Below, in pieces: positions 10,787 to 22,244 of a DNA stretch of 64,000 nucleotides. Source of the DNA: an uncultured Candidatus Rokubacteria bacterium (lineage in GTDB: Bacteria; Methylomirabilota; Methylomirabilia; Rokubacteriales; DASRDR01); NCBI GenBank assembly GCA_963826115.1, contig CAWGVS010000007.1:1-64000 (forward strand). Direction: 5' to 3'. The notes beneath the pieces are model-generated. The model worked only from the letters and a program-made list of their open reading frames with translations. It did no database searches and had not been told where the DNA came from. A program made the position numbers and the translations under genes. The stretch's first letter is position 1; each line of letters begins with the position of its first letter.

Positions 10787-11584
10787 TCAGGCGGGGAGGT
10801 CCCGCTGGACGCGCTCGATCGAGAGCGCGCGACCCGACTCCGGATCGATCCGGATCACCGCGCCCTGGAACCGGGCGCGGCCCCGGGCGGGCTCGAAGCG
10901 GTTCGGCATCCCGGTCCGGAACCGCTGGATCGCGAGCTCGGGCTCGACGCCGATCACGGAGTCGATCGGGCCGGTGAGGCCGAGGTCGGTCAGATACGCG
11001 GTCCCCTGCGGGAGGATGCGCTCGTCGGCGGTCTGGACGTGGGAGTGGGTGCCGACCACGACCGACACGCGGCCGTCGAGATACCACCCCATGGCCTGCT
11101 TCTCCGACGTGGCCTCGGCGTGCATGTCGACGACGACCACCGAGGTCTCCGTGCGAAGCCGCTCCAGCTCCTCGTCCGCCTTCGCGAACGGGCAGTCGAT
11201 CGAGGCCATGAACGTGCGGCCCTGGAGGTTCAGCACGCCCACCTGGTGGGCGCCCGCCTTCACCACGACCGACCCCACCCCGGGCGTCCCCGCCGGGTAG
11301 TTGGCAGGCCGGAGGAGGAGGTTCTCCTTGACGATGTAGCCGAGGATCTCCTTCCGGTCCCAGATGTGGTTCCCGCTGGTCATGACATCGACGCCCGCGT
11401 CGAGGAAGCCGCGCGCGAGCGGCGGCGTCACGCCGAACCCGGCGGCGGCGTTCTCGACGTTGGCCACCACGAGGTCGAGCTGGAACTCCGTCCGGAGACG
11501 GGGCAGGAACGTCACGAGCGCCCGGCGGCCGGGCTCCCCGAAGATGTCGCCGATGCAGAGGACGGTCAGCGGCTTGGTGGACAT
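10787..11584 (-). CDS. ymdB: YmdB/TIGR00282-family metallophosphoesterase
   Basis: [36 protein letters not shown]; follows rny. Confidence 0.93.
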   Translation of the reverse strand: MSTKPLTVLCIGDIFGEPGRRALVTFLPRLRTEFQLDLVVANVENAAAGFGVTPPLARGFLDAGVDVMTSGNHIWDRKEILGYIVKENLLLRPANYPAGTPGVGSVVVKAGAHQVGVLNLQGRTFMASIDCPFAKADEELERLRTETSVVVVDMHAEATSEKQAMGWYLDGRVSVVVGTHSHVQTADERILPQGTAYLTDLGLTGPIDSVIGVEPELAIQRFRTGMPNRFEPARGRARFQGAVIRIDPESGRALSIERVQRDLPA

Positions 11585-11731
11585 GGCCCTACCAGTGTAC
11601 CCGACGAGGCGGCCGGGATCGGCCACGTGGCGGGAGGCGCCGGCCCGGCCGGTCTCGGCCTTCGGCGTGGGAGCCCATACGCCCCTCCCCGCGCCGGTCC
11701 GTCACGCGGCGGCGAGGTGCCCGGCCGCCGC

Positions 11732-13312
11732 TCAGCGCGCGAACTCGGTCGCGCGGTGCTCCCGGATGACGGTCACCTTGATGTGGCCGGGGTACTGCAT
11801 CTCGGCCTCGATCCGCTTGGCGATGTCCTTGGCGAGCTGGTAGGTGTCGACGTCCGAGATCTGCTCGGACTTCGTGATGATCCGGAGCTCCCGGCCCGCC
11901 TGGATGGCGTAGGCGGCGTCCACGCCGCGGAACGAGCGCGCGATCTCCTCCATGGCCTTGACCCGCTTGACGTAGCTCTCGAGGACGTCGCGGCGGGCGC
12001 CCGGCCGCGCCGCCGACACGCCGTCGGCGGCCTCGACCAGCACCGCCTCGACCGTCTCCGGCTCCTCCTGGTCGTGCCCCGACAGGATCGTGTTCAGCAC
12101 CGCCCGCGGCTCGTTGTACTTCGACAGGAGCTCGACCGAGAGGTCGACGTGGCTGCCCTCCTGCTCGTGCGTGAGGGCCTTGCCGATATCGTGGAGGAGG
12201 CCGCACCGCTTGGCGAGCTTCACGTCGGCGCCGACCTCGGACGCCATCATGCCGGCCAGCCACGCCACCTCTTTCGAGTGCTGGAGGCAGTTCTGGCCGT
12301 AGGACGTGCGGTACCGGAGCCGGCCGACCATCCGCACGAGCTCGGGATGAAGCCCGTGGACCCCGACCTCGAAGCACGCGCGCTCCCCCTCCTCTTTCAG
12401 GTGCTGCTCCACTTCCTTCTTGACCTTGTCGACGACCTCCTCGATGCGGGCGGGGTGGATCCGGCCGTCGGCGATGAGCCGCTGGAGCGCGATCTTGGCG
12501 ATCTCCCGGCGGAGCGGGTCGTACCCGGAGATGATGACGGCCTCCGGCGTGTCGTCGACGATGAGGTCCACGCCCGTCGCCAGCTCGAGCGCGCGGATGT
12601 TCCGGCCCTCGCGGCCGATGATCCGGCCCTTCATGTCGTCCGACGGCAGGTCCACGATCGACACGGCGGTCTCCACCGTGTAGTCGGGCGCGAGCCGCTG
12701 GATGGTCGTCGCCAGCACCTCGCGCGCCTTGCGCTCGGCGCCCTCGCGCGCCTCCTCCTCGAGCCGCATCGCGATCAGGGTGGCCTCGCGCCGCGCCTCC
12801 GCCTCCATCTGAGCGAGGAGCCGCTGCTTGGCCTCCTCGGCGGTGAGGCCCGCGATCCGCTCGAGCTGCCGCCGCTGCTCGTCGACCAGCGCCTGCTGCC
12901 GGGCCTCGATCTCCTTCAGGCCCTGCTCGCGCGCGCGGAGGCCCTCCTCGCGCGAGTGGTAGTCGCGGTCCCGACGGTCGAACTGGTCGAGCCGCCGCGT
13001 GACCTGCTCCTCCTTCTGGCTCAGGCGGCGCTCGAGCGCCTGGATCTCCTTCTGGCGTTCGCGCGCCTCCTGCTCGAGCTCGTTCCGGGCGCGGTACACG
13101 ACCTCCTTGGCCTCGATCGCGGCGTCCTTGAGGCGCGTCTCCGCGTTGCGCTCGGCCTCGTCCAGCACCCGGCGGCTGTGTTGCGCAACATCGCCCAGCC
13201 GGCGGGCCGTCAACTGTCGCTCGATCAACAGCCCGCCGAATCCCGCCAGGGGGAGCAGTACGACGACCGCGACGATCAGGATGATGAGCGTGGTGGGCTC
13301 CAGGACGGCCAC
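11732..13312 (-). CDS. rny: Ribonuclease Y
   Basis: N-terminal TM, coiled coil, KH domain (KGRIIGREGRNIR), HD domain (LLHDIGK), SAARPGARR. Confidence 0.97.
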   Translation of the reverse strand: MAVLEPTTLIILIVAVVVLLPLAGFGGLLIERQLTARRLGDVAQHSRRVLDEAERNAETRLKDAAIEAKEVVYRARNELEQEARERQKEIQALERRLSQKEEQVTRRLDQFDRRDRDYHSREEGLRAREQGLKEIEARQQALVDEQRRQLERIAGLTAEEAKQRLLAQMEAEARREATLIAMRLEEEAREGAERKAREVLATTIQRLAPDYTVETAVSIVDLPSDDMKGRIIGREGRNIRALELATGVDLIVDDTPEAVIISGYDPLRREIAKIALQRLIADGRIHPARIEEVVDKVKKEVEQHLKEEGERACFEVGVHGLHPELVRMVGRLRYRTSYGQNCLQHSKEVAWLAGMMASEVGADVKLAKRCGLLHDIGKALTHEQEGSHVDLSVELLSKYNEPRAVLNTILSGHDQEEPETVEAVLVEAADGVSAARPGARRDVLESYVKRVKAMEEIARSFRGVDAAYAIQAGRELRIITKSEQISDVDTYQLAKDIAKRIEAEMQYPGHIKVTVIREHRATEFAR

Positions 13313-13400
13313 CTCCCCTCAGGCACCGGCCGACCGCCGGGGGTTCGGCTGGCGCGGGGTAACTCTCTCAATCGTGATAAATTCTGCCTAAACCCGCTAG

Positions 13401-13429
13401 ACATTAGGCTGTTTTCATATCGGTGTCAA
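13401..13429 (-). promoter_or_regulatory. sigma70 promoter upstream of rny
   Basis: TTGACA-17 bp-TAATGT in an AT-rich patch. Confidence 0.6.
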
Positions 13430-13594
13430 GGCACGCTGCGCCGGCATGCGGCTGGGTCCACCGTCCGGTCGGACGACGGGCTCGCCCCCGGCGTGCGGGA
13501 CTGTCCTGGAGTTGACGGCCCCGGCGGTCCGAGGCGGGCACCGCTCCGTCCCCTGAAAGCACGATGGGCGGGACCTGGGTCCCGCCCACCCGGA

Positions 13595-13778
13595 AAGTTC
13601 CCCGCCTCTGCCGTGTGATTGGCTGGTTCGAACCTGGCTAGCCAGGTGGGAGCCCAAAGCGCGGCTTTAGGCTTCCCCTCTCGCGAGGGGCATGCTCACC
13701 GCTCACGCGGGAGGACTCCCGTTCACGGTAATAGGCTCGCAACCGTCGCCTCACATCACGCACAGCGCAGGGAAGCCT
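13595..13778 (-). ncRNA. ssrS: 6S RNA
   Basis: ~185 nt right after zapA (conserved locus); ends pair (TTCCCTGCGCTGTGCGTGAT / ATCACACGGCAGAGGCGGGGAA); inner GGGAG/CTCCC stem and CCTGGCTAGCCAGG hairpin. Confidence 0.85.
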
Positions 13779-13815
13779 GTGCCCGGCCCATTAGGCCCCC
13801 GCCCGCCCGACCCGG

Positions 13816-14121
13816 TCAAGTCCCGGACGGCGCGTCCAGGACGGCGCCCAGGCGCGCGGTCAGCCGATCGACCCGCGCCAGGAGCTCGGCGTCCGTTCCC
13901 CGGGCCCGCTCGGCCTCGCGGAGCCGGTGGAGCTCGTCCGCCACGTGGAGGCCGGCCAGGAGCGAGAGGCGCAGCGGGTCGAATACCCGGGCCTGGTCCC
14001 GGACGGTCTGGATCAGCTCGTTCAGGTACTCGGCCAGCTGCTGGATGTACTCGGGCGTCCCCCGCCCGCGGACGGACAGCCGCTGCCCCAGGATCTCGAC
14101 GTCGGCTCGGCCCTCGGTCAT
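13816..14121 (-). CDS. zapA: Cell division protein ZapA
   Basis: VEILGQRLSVRG, YIQQLAEYLN, LLAGLHVADEL; locus between pheT and 6S RNA. Confidence 0.9.
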   Translation of the reverse strand: MTEGRADVEILGQRLSVRGRGTPEYIQQLAEYLNELIQTVRDQARVFDPLRLSLLAGLHVADELHRLREAERARGTDAELLARVDRLTARLGAVLDAPSGT

Positions 14122-14149
14122 CCGCGCCTCCTTGACTCCGAGGGCCCCG

Positions 14150-14458
14150 TCAGAGCCCCTCGATCCGGGCGAGGTCCTTCAAGATGCTCTCCACCTGACC
14201 GAGCAGGTGGCGCCGCTCGTCCAGGAGACGCCGCTGCTCCGCCTCCAGCCGGCCGATCGCGCCGAGCCGGACGCGGAGGCCCTCCGCCTCGGCGGTCAGC
14301 TCCGCCACGCGCGTCTCGAGTCCGCGGCGCCCGGCGGCCAGCCGCGTGTTCTCCGCGCGGAGGGTGCCGATCAGCTCGATCGCCCGCTGGACGTGCTGCT
14401 CGAGGAGCGCGAGCCGCGCCTGAGCGTCATCGCTCACGCGGTCGTCCTCGGGCGTCAC
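14150..14458 (-). CDS. ZapB-like coiled-coil protein
   Basis: All-helical heptad pattern (LEQHVQRAIELIGTLRAEN) upstream of zapA; GTG at 14458 overlaps the pheT stop (alternative start 14437). Confidence 0.7.
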   Translation of the reverse strand: MTPEDDRVSDDAQARLALLEQHVQRAIELIGTLRAENTRLAAGRRGLETRVAELTAEAEGLRVRLGAIGRLEAEQRRLLDERRHLLGQVESILKDLARIEGL

Positions 14459-16882
14459 GCGCCGTCGCTCCGGCCGGCGCCGTCCGCGCCGCGCACCTCG
14501 GCCCCGAGCTCCGCCCGGAGCCGCTCGACCACCTCGGCGTGCGCCCGGTTGACCTCGGCGTCGGTGAGCGTCCGGTCGTCGGCCTGGTAGAGGAGCCCGT
14601 ACGCCAGGCTCTTCCGCCCGGGGCCCACCTGCGCGCCCTCGTAGACGTCGAAGAGGACCACGCGCTTCAGCCACGCGGGCCGGATCGCGTCGATGGCGCG
14701 GGCCACGTCGGCCGCCGGCACCCCGGCTGCCACCACCACGGCCAGGTCTCGCTGGACGGCCGGATGCCGGGGAAGCGGCCGGTACTGGACGACGCGCTCG
14801 GGGAGCGCCTCGATCGCGTCGAGCGACAGCTCGGCGACGAAGGCCGACGCGGGCAGGTCGAACGCCTTCTGCACCGCCGGATGGAGCTCGCCCATCACGC
14901 CGACGGGCGTCCCCTGGACCACGATCGTCGCGCCGCGCCCGTCCTCGAGGTACGGGGCCTGGCCGGGCTCGCTGGCGACGTCGCCCCGCCCGAGCGCCTC
15001 GACGAGCCCTTCCACGGCGCCCTTGGCGTCGAACACGTCGGCGCGGACCCGCGGCGCGAACCAGGCGCGAGGCGCACGGAGTCCGGTCAGCACGAGGGCG
15101 ACGCGCGTGTCCTCGCGCGGCAGCACCCCCGCCCCGCGCCCCTCGAACACGCGGCCGACCTCGAAGAGCCGCACGTCCGGCGTCTGACGGCGGACGTTGC
15201 TCGCGACCGCCTCCAGGAGCCCGAACAGGAGCGTGGGCCGCATCACGGACCGGTCCGCCGCGAGTGGGTTCTGGAGCCGGACGACTCGCGGATCGTCCGC
15301 GTCGAGCCCGACGTGGCGGAGGTGCGCCGGGTCCGTCAGAGACAGCGAGACCGCCTCGTGGTAGCCGGCCGCGGTGAGGACGCGCCGGACGGCGTCGCGC
15401 GCGACCATGTGCCGGGGCCGGCGCGTCAGCGCGAGCGCCCCGGACGGCAGCGTCGAGGGGATCCGCTCGTAGCCCCAGATCCGCGCGACCTCCTCGACGA
15501 GGTCGTCCTCCATCGCGACGTCGCGCCGGAAGGCGGGCACCACGACCTCGAACCCGCCCGCGCGCTCCGTCGCGGGGAACCCGAGGCCCCGCAGGATGTC
15601 GGCCACCACGCCGGGCGGCGGGCAGGCGCCCACGACCCGCTGGATGCGCTCGAGGCGCAGCGGAACCGCCACCGGCCGGCGCGGCGCGGGATACGCGTCG
15701 AGCACGCCCACGGCCACGCGCCCCCCGCCCAGCTCGGCGATCAGCTGCGCGGCCCGGTCGAGCGCGGCCCGGAGGCCCTCGATGTCCGCGCCCCGCTCGA
15801 AGCGGTAGGAGGCCTCGGTGGAGAGCCCGAGGGCCTTCGCGGTGCGGCGGATCGAGCCGGGCGCGAAGTACGCGCTCTCGAGGAGGACGTGGCGCGTCGA
15901 CGCCCGCACCTCGCTGTTGGCGCCGCCCATGACGCCGGCGACCGCCGACGGCGCGCGCCGCGTCGGCGATGACGAGCATCGAGTCGCCCAGCGTCCGCGT
16001 CTGGCCGTCGAGCGTCTCCACGGTCTCCCCGGGGCGAGCCCGGCGGATCACGACGTGCCGGTCGGTCAGGAGGTCGCCGTCGAACGCGTGGAGCGGGTGC
16101 CCGAGCTCCCACAAGACGTAGTTGGTCACGTCGACGACGTTGTTGATCGGCCGGAGCCCCGCCGCGCGCAGCCGCTGAGCGAGCCACGGGGGCGACGGCC
16201 CGACCGTCACGTCGGCGATGAGCCGCGCCGCGTAGCGCGGGCACAGCTCGGGATCCTCGATGGTGATCCGCCAGCCCTTCGTCGTCAGGGCAGGATCCTC
16301 GCGGACCGCGACGTCCGGCGGCCGGAGGCGCCCGCCGGTCAGGGCGGCCACCTCGCGGGCGACGCCGACGATCGCGAGGCAGTCGGGCCGGTTCGGGGTC
16401 ACCTCGACCTCGAGGATGGCGTCGTCGAGGCCCAGGTGACTCACCAGGTCGGCGCCCACCGGCGCGTCGGGCCCGAGGAGCAGGATGCCGCCCGCCTCGT
16501 CGCCGACGCCGAGCTCCGCCTCCGCGCAGAGCATGCCCTCGGACGCGGTGCCCCGGATCGTGGCGACGGCGATGCGCCGGCCGCCCGGCAAGGTCGCGCC
16601 GGGTGGCGCGAACGCCGCGCGCACGCCCGCCCGCACGTTCGGCGCGCCGCACACCACGCGGTAGCGCTCCGCGCCGGTGGAGACCTCGCAGAGCCGGAGG
16701 CTCGACGCCGCCGGGTGCGGCGCCACGTCGAGCACCTCGGCCACCACCAGCCCGCGGAGCTCCGAGGCGCCCTCCGCCGCCAGCCCGGTCTCGATGCCGG
16801 CCATCGTCAGCCGCTCCGCGACGTCGCGCGCCTCGGCCGTCGTGTCGACGAACTCCCGGAGCCAGCGGTAGGGGATCCTCAT
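14455..16882 (-). CDS. pheT: Phenylalanine-tRNA ligase beta subunit (apparent +1 frameshift near 15946)
   Basis: N-terminal part in ORF 14150..16882 (VTPNRPDCL, NNVVDVTNY); C-terminal part in ORF 14455..15930 (RFERG, FDX-ACB domain); removing one G restores AVAVAGVMGG. Confidence 0.93.
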
Positions 16883-16894
16883 CGGGTCCGCCGG

Positions 16895-17929
<1,035 letters not shown>

Positions 17930-18185
17930 TCATTCTACCGGATGGAGGCGCGTGATCGAAAGCCCGGCCAAATGCACCGCGCACGGTTGCAGATCGCAGC
18001 GTGATCCGCAACTTATCCGCAACCTCCTCCGGCAGCAGCGGTTCGCGGCGCTGCCGGACGCCAAGCGCGAGGGGGCCGCGCGGCGTGGGGCACGGCTACA
18101 AGCCGTGGACGCCCCGCCACGCGCGCCAGCGCCCGAGCGAGACTCGTCCCCCCTCCCCGCGCCGGCGGGTGCGGTGGGGTGACGT

Positions 18186-18772
18186 ATGTACGTCACCCAC
18201 GGCCCGTCGGTCCGAGGTCTGCGGGGCCGCCGTCGCTGGCCGGCGCGCCGGGCGGGCCCCGATGTGCAGCCTCACCTCTACCTCCGAGACTGCGTGTACG
18301 TCGAGCGGCCGCATCCACTCACGGAAGCCTATGCCGCGGACGATGGACTCACCTATAAGGTCGTGCCGTCCCTCGACGCGCTCCTCACCGACGACCCGCA
18401 CAAGCTCCTGATCATCGGCGCGCACGAGCGGGTGGACGCGCTCCAAGGGATGATCGCGCGGCCAGCCTGCCCGTCCACGACGTCCAGTCGGAGCCTGTGT
18501 ACCTGGAGATCCTTCCGCTCGGTGTCTCGAAAGGTACCGCGCTCCTCGCGATGCTCGAGGCGTTCGACGTCGCCGCCGCGGAAACGATCGCTGTCGGCGA
18601 CAACTGGAATGACGTCGAGATGATCGAGACGGCGGGCCTGGGCGTAGCGATGAGGCACGCGCCCGCAGGTGTCCGTGCTCGCGCGGACCACGTCTGCGGC
18701 ACGGAGGGGGGGGTCCGCGAGGTGATCGAGCGTTTCGTCCTCACCGAGGGTCCCTACGGGAGTACCGGCTGA
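18186..18772 (+). pseudogene. Truncated and frameshifted Cof-type HAD-IIB hydrolase
   Basis: C-terminal YLEILPLGVSKG and AVGDNWNDVEMI motifs; cap domain in another frame (shift near 18460); N-terminal DxDGT motif absent. Confidence 0.75.
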
Positions 18773-18998
18773 CCCACCGCCGGTGTCCCGTAGCCCGCCA
18801 CGAAGCGAGATGCCACGTGCCGACGTCCTCGACCTTCGACGGATTTTCGTAGGCGCCCGCGAATAGGCTGGAGCCGGCCTGGGCCCGACGACCCTCTGGG
18901 CCTCCGCCGTTGGTCACGTCCTCAGTAGATGACGCGAAGAATCACCGCTCGGTAGACATTCTCAAAGGGCTGACAGGTTGGCTCGGTTCTCATTTGGG

Positions 18999-19709
18999 TT
19001 ACGATACGGCTTCCACATAGAGAGACTCGCCCTGGCGCGCCGGGAAATCCGCATGGAACTCCTCCCAGCGGCTGCGGTTGAAAGCGCGCTGCTCGACAAT
19101 CCCGAATCCCGCCCGCGTCAATAGGGCGGACAAGGTATTCCCATCGTAGGCGTACTGATGCTCCTGGCCCTGGCGAAACATGTTGTTGACGGCTTCCATC
19201 GGAGAGCAGCCGGGCCTCTCTCGTTCAAAGAACGCCCTATCCTTTTCGTAGTAGGCGACAAGGTACTTCTCTGCATCCGGGACACTCAAGCGAAGGATCC
19301 CTCCCGGTTCGAGAAGCCGTCGGCATTCCTGCAAGAAGAGCAAGGCTTCCCCGGGATATTCCAGGTGTTCCAGGAAATGCTCGCACAAGATAAACCGGGC
19401 GCAGTGGGATGGAAGCGGCAGGGCGGTTCGCAAGTCCAGCCGGAGATCCGCCGGATCCCGGCTAAGACCGTCAATATTCACCCAACCGGGCAGATAGTAG
19501 GAGCCGGACGCCAGGTGAATCAACAGGTGTTTCCGCTGCCGGTAGGACCGAATACGGCTTCCTTGAAAAGGACTGAGGCGGTTTGTCAACCGAAGCAGCA
19601 CCAGGCTGCATTCAAACCGGAGCACCTGCCAAACCCGGCGGGGCATGAGCAATTCAAGACATCGGATCAAGAGAAGCCTCAGAGAGGCCGGCACACCTCC
19701 CTTGGTCAT
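18999..19709 (-). CDS. Class I SAM-dependent methyltransferase domain protein (lower GC)
   Basis: IHLASG...GWVNID, EHFLEHL, RRLLEPGGILRLSVPD, ESLYVEA; start uncertain. Confidence 0.8.
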   Translation of the reverse strand: MTKGGVPASLRLLLIRCLELLMPRRVWQVLRFECSLVLLRLTNRLSPFQGSRIRSYRQRKHLLIHLASGSYYLPGWVNIDGLSRDPADLRLDLRTALPLPSHCARFILCEHFLEHLEYPGEALLFLQECRRLLEPGGILRLSVPDAEKYLVAYYEKDRAFFERERPGCSPMEAVNNMFRQGQEHQYAYDGNTLSALLTRAGFGIVEQRAFNRSRWEEFHADFPARQGESLYVEAVS

Positions 19710-20093
19710 GGCTGATTCAACATCGGATCCGACCGACGCCTGACGCCGGAAAGGAAGTCTGGGTTCCGTGAAGCATACCGCTGCTGTACCCATTATTGTG
19801 GACGGTATGGTACCTGAGGATCACGCGATTACCAGGCAATGCGACGGGTTCCGGCACCGGCAGAGGCTCAAGGTCCAGGGTCATACCCTCGCTTGCCGCC
19901 ATCGGTACCATGCACGCGAGCCCGAGCGCCCCGATCAATGCATCCGTCCGCAACCCCCGCACAACCGAATCCCGACGCGACGCGGAACCTCGCGACGCGG
20001 GTCATTCTACCGGAAGACGGCAGAACGCGTGCGGGCGCCCCGGGGCGCCCGCGGAACCGCGACGAGGGTCGGTCTACCGAGCCGGCGTGGGTC

Positions 20094-20513
20094 TTACGGG
20101 CAGTCGGCGATCGTGGCCGTGAAGTCGATCTTGCCGTTGCTCGCCGTGTACGTCGGCGGCACGCTGCAGTTATAGACCGGCGCCGGCTGCACGAGCCCCT
20201 CGACCGAGGTCATCGACGGGGGAAACAGGCCGTTGGTGCGGCCGTAGTAGATGGCCACCGCCGAGCGAAGGCTCGACACGACCGCCTGGTCGGCGGCCAG
20301 CTTCGACTTCTTCACGATGTCCTGGTACACCGCAATGGACACCGCCGCGATGATCGCGATGATCGTCACCACGATCATCAGCTCGACGAGCGTCAGACCG
20401 CGCTGGTCACGCTTGCGGGAGCGCCGGCGGCGGTGGAACAGCCCCCGGAGACCCCGCGGCTCGGGGCTGGCTGCCTTCGTCTCCTCCTCCACCACCACTG
20501 CCTGCTCGCTCAT
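20094..20513 (-). CDS. Type IV prepilin (probable major pilin)
   Basis: Basic leader then G|LTLVELMIVVTIIAII class III signal with E5; C-terminal Cys pair; RBS GGGAGG. Confidence 0.88.
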   Translation of the reverse strand: MSEQAVVVEEETKAASPEPRGLRGLFHRRRRSRKRDQRGLTLVELMIVVTIIAIIAAVSIAVYQDIVKKSKLAADQAVVSSLRSAVAIYYGRTNGLFPPSMTSVEGLVQPAPVYNCSVPPTYTASNGKIDFTATIADCP

Positions 20514-20556
20514 CGGTGCCTCCCTGGTCGGCTCAACACCATCACGACCGCTTTCC

Positions 20557-20572
20557 AGCAATCTGCGTGCCG
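20557..20572 (-). promoter_or_regulatory. sigma54 (-24/-12) promoter of the pilin gene
   Basis: CGGCAC-GCAGA-TTGCT, exact GG-N10-GC spacing. Confidence 0.8.
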
Positions 20573-20836
20573 GATCGGCTCCCGAACAGCGCGGCTCATG
20601 TTACCCCGTGGACATCAACGATGGCGAGGTTTCCGGCACAGGACAGGGTAGACCAGGGGCCAACGGGCCGCCGGAAGCGGGAGAAACTGACAACGGGGAG
20701 ACGCCCGCTGACAATTCCCGGAACCCCGACGGGGTCAAGGAAGTCAGGGCGACCTGGGAAGGGGTCCCCCTGGATGGACTCCCGGGGACCCTGGCCAGGG
20801 GATTTTCTCCCCACCGCCAGGGCCCCCTCGGCTTCC

Positions 20837-21196
20837 CTAGGGTCGGCTCTGGACCCGGGCGGTCTCGACCAGCCGCGAGAACGCGACCGGGTCGCTGACG
20901 GCCAACTCGGCCAGGACCTTCCGGTCCAGGGTGACGCCGGCCTTCTTGAGCCCGTTCATGAAGCTCGAGTAGGGCAGCCCCGACGCCCGGCAGGCGGCGT
21001 TGATGCGCAGGATCCACAGGGACCGGAACTGGCGCTTCTTGGCCCGGCGGTCGCGGTGGGCAAAGGCAAGAGCCCGGAGGACCGTCTCGGCGGCGGTTCG
21101 GTACAGCCGCCGGCGACCACCCCAGTACCCCTTGGCCTGCTTGAGAACCTTCTTCCGTCGCTGGCGGGTCTTCGGCCCGCCCTTGGCACGCGGCAT
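20837..21196 (-). CDS. rplT: 50S ribosomal protein L20
   Basis: [34 protein letters not shown]. Confidence 0.99.
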   Translation of the reverse strand: MPRAKGGPKTRQRRKKVLKQAKGYWGGRRRLYRTAAETVLRALAFAHRDRRAKKRQFRSLWILRINAACRASGLPYSSFMNGLKKAGVTLDRKVLAELAVSDPVAFSRLVETARVQSRP

Positions 21197-21480
21197 GGCT
21201 CCGCTCCTTCTCGCCTCGCTCTGGCCCGGGGGGAGGCAACCCGTCTGTCACCCGATCCAGGCACGTCCGCTCGAGGCGGGCGGCTGGGTCGCAGGACTCC
21301 GGCGGCGTGACGCCCGCCGGGGCAACCGGTAAGCATCGGCCCTCGATCGTGAGGGCCGGGCGGCGCGAACGGCCGCCGGGGCCGGGCTCGACGCGTCAGT
21401 CGACTGCCCGGCCGGGAGAGTGTACCACGCGGGCGCCCGGGCCACCGGGCTCGGCCGGCGTCCCGCGGCGGGCCCGCGTC

Positions 21481-21678
21481 CTAGAGGTAGGGAACGAGGC
21501 GCCGGATGCGCTTCACGTCCGCCGGCGAGATGAGGGCCTCCTTGCGGAGCTGGCGCTTCCGCTTGGACGGCTTCCACTCGAGGAGGTGCTTCTTCCAGCC
21601 CTTGGCGCGCGTCAGCTTCCCGGTGCCCGTGGCCCGGATGCGCTTGGCCGCGCTCCGCTTCGTCTTGATCTTCGGCAT
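21481..21678 (-). CDS. rpmI: 50S ribosomal protein L35
   Basis: MPKIKTKRSAAKR...TGTGK; follows infC. Confidence 0.97.
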   Translation of the reverse strand: MPKIKTKRSAAKRIRATGTGKLTRAKGWKKHLLEWKPSKRKRQLRKEALISPADVKRIRRLVPYL

Positions 21679-21714
21679 GGTGTCCCTCGGAACCCGTCTA
21701 GCGCCGCTTCGGGG

Positions 21715-22239
21715 TCAGGAGCGCTGCTTCGGGGTCAGGATCATGACCATGTTCCGCCCCTCCAGCCGCGCGTGGCTCTCGATCGTCGCGATGTCCAGCA
21801 AGTCCTGCGTCATGCGATCCAGCAGGCGACGGCCGAGCTCCGTGTGTACCATCTCGCGGCCGCGGAACCGGATCGTGACCTTGGCCTTGTTGCCGTCCTC
21901 GAGGAACCGCCGGACGTGGCGCGCCTTGAACTGGAAGTCGTGCTCGTCCGTCTTCGGCCCCATCTTGACTTCCTTGACCTGGATGACCGTCTGCTTCTTC
22001 CGGGCGTCCTTCGCGCGGCGGCTCTGCTGGTACTTGAACTTCCCGAAGTCCATGATCCGGCAGACGGGCGGAGCCGCCTCCGGCGCCACTTCCACGAGAT
22101 CGAGCTCCCGCTCCTGCGCGACCCGGATCGCTTCCGCGATCGGCAGGATGCCGAGCTGCTCGCCCTCCGCGGTGACGACCCTGACTTCCCGCGCCCGAAT
22201 CCCCTCGTTGATCCTGAGATCCCGCTGCAGTGTGGAGAT
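21715..22239 (-). CDS. infC: Translation initiation factor IF-3 (probable ATC start)
   Basis: INEGIRAREVRVV, PPVCRIMDFGKFKY, FRGRE; no in-frame ATG/GTG/TTG between the thrS stop and the conserved region. Confidence 0.95.
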   Translation of the reverse strand: MSTLQRDLRINEGIRAREVRVVTAEGEQLGILPIAEAIRVAQERELDLVEVAPEAAPPVCRIMDFGKFKYQQSRRAKDARKKQTVIQVKEVKMGPKTDEHDFQFKARHVRRFLEDGNKAKVTIRFRGREMVHTELGRRLLDRMTQDLLDIATIESHARLEGRNMVMILTPKQRS

Positions 22240-22244
22240 GCGCC

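Noticed and set aside
14150-16882. 910-aa PheT-ZapB fusion ORF
   Set aside because: Artefact of the pheT frameshift; the middle is off-frame sequence and the tail is the separate ZapB-like gene
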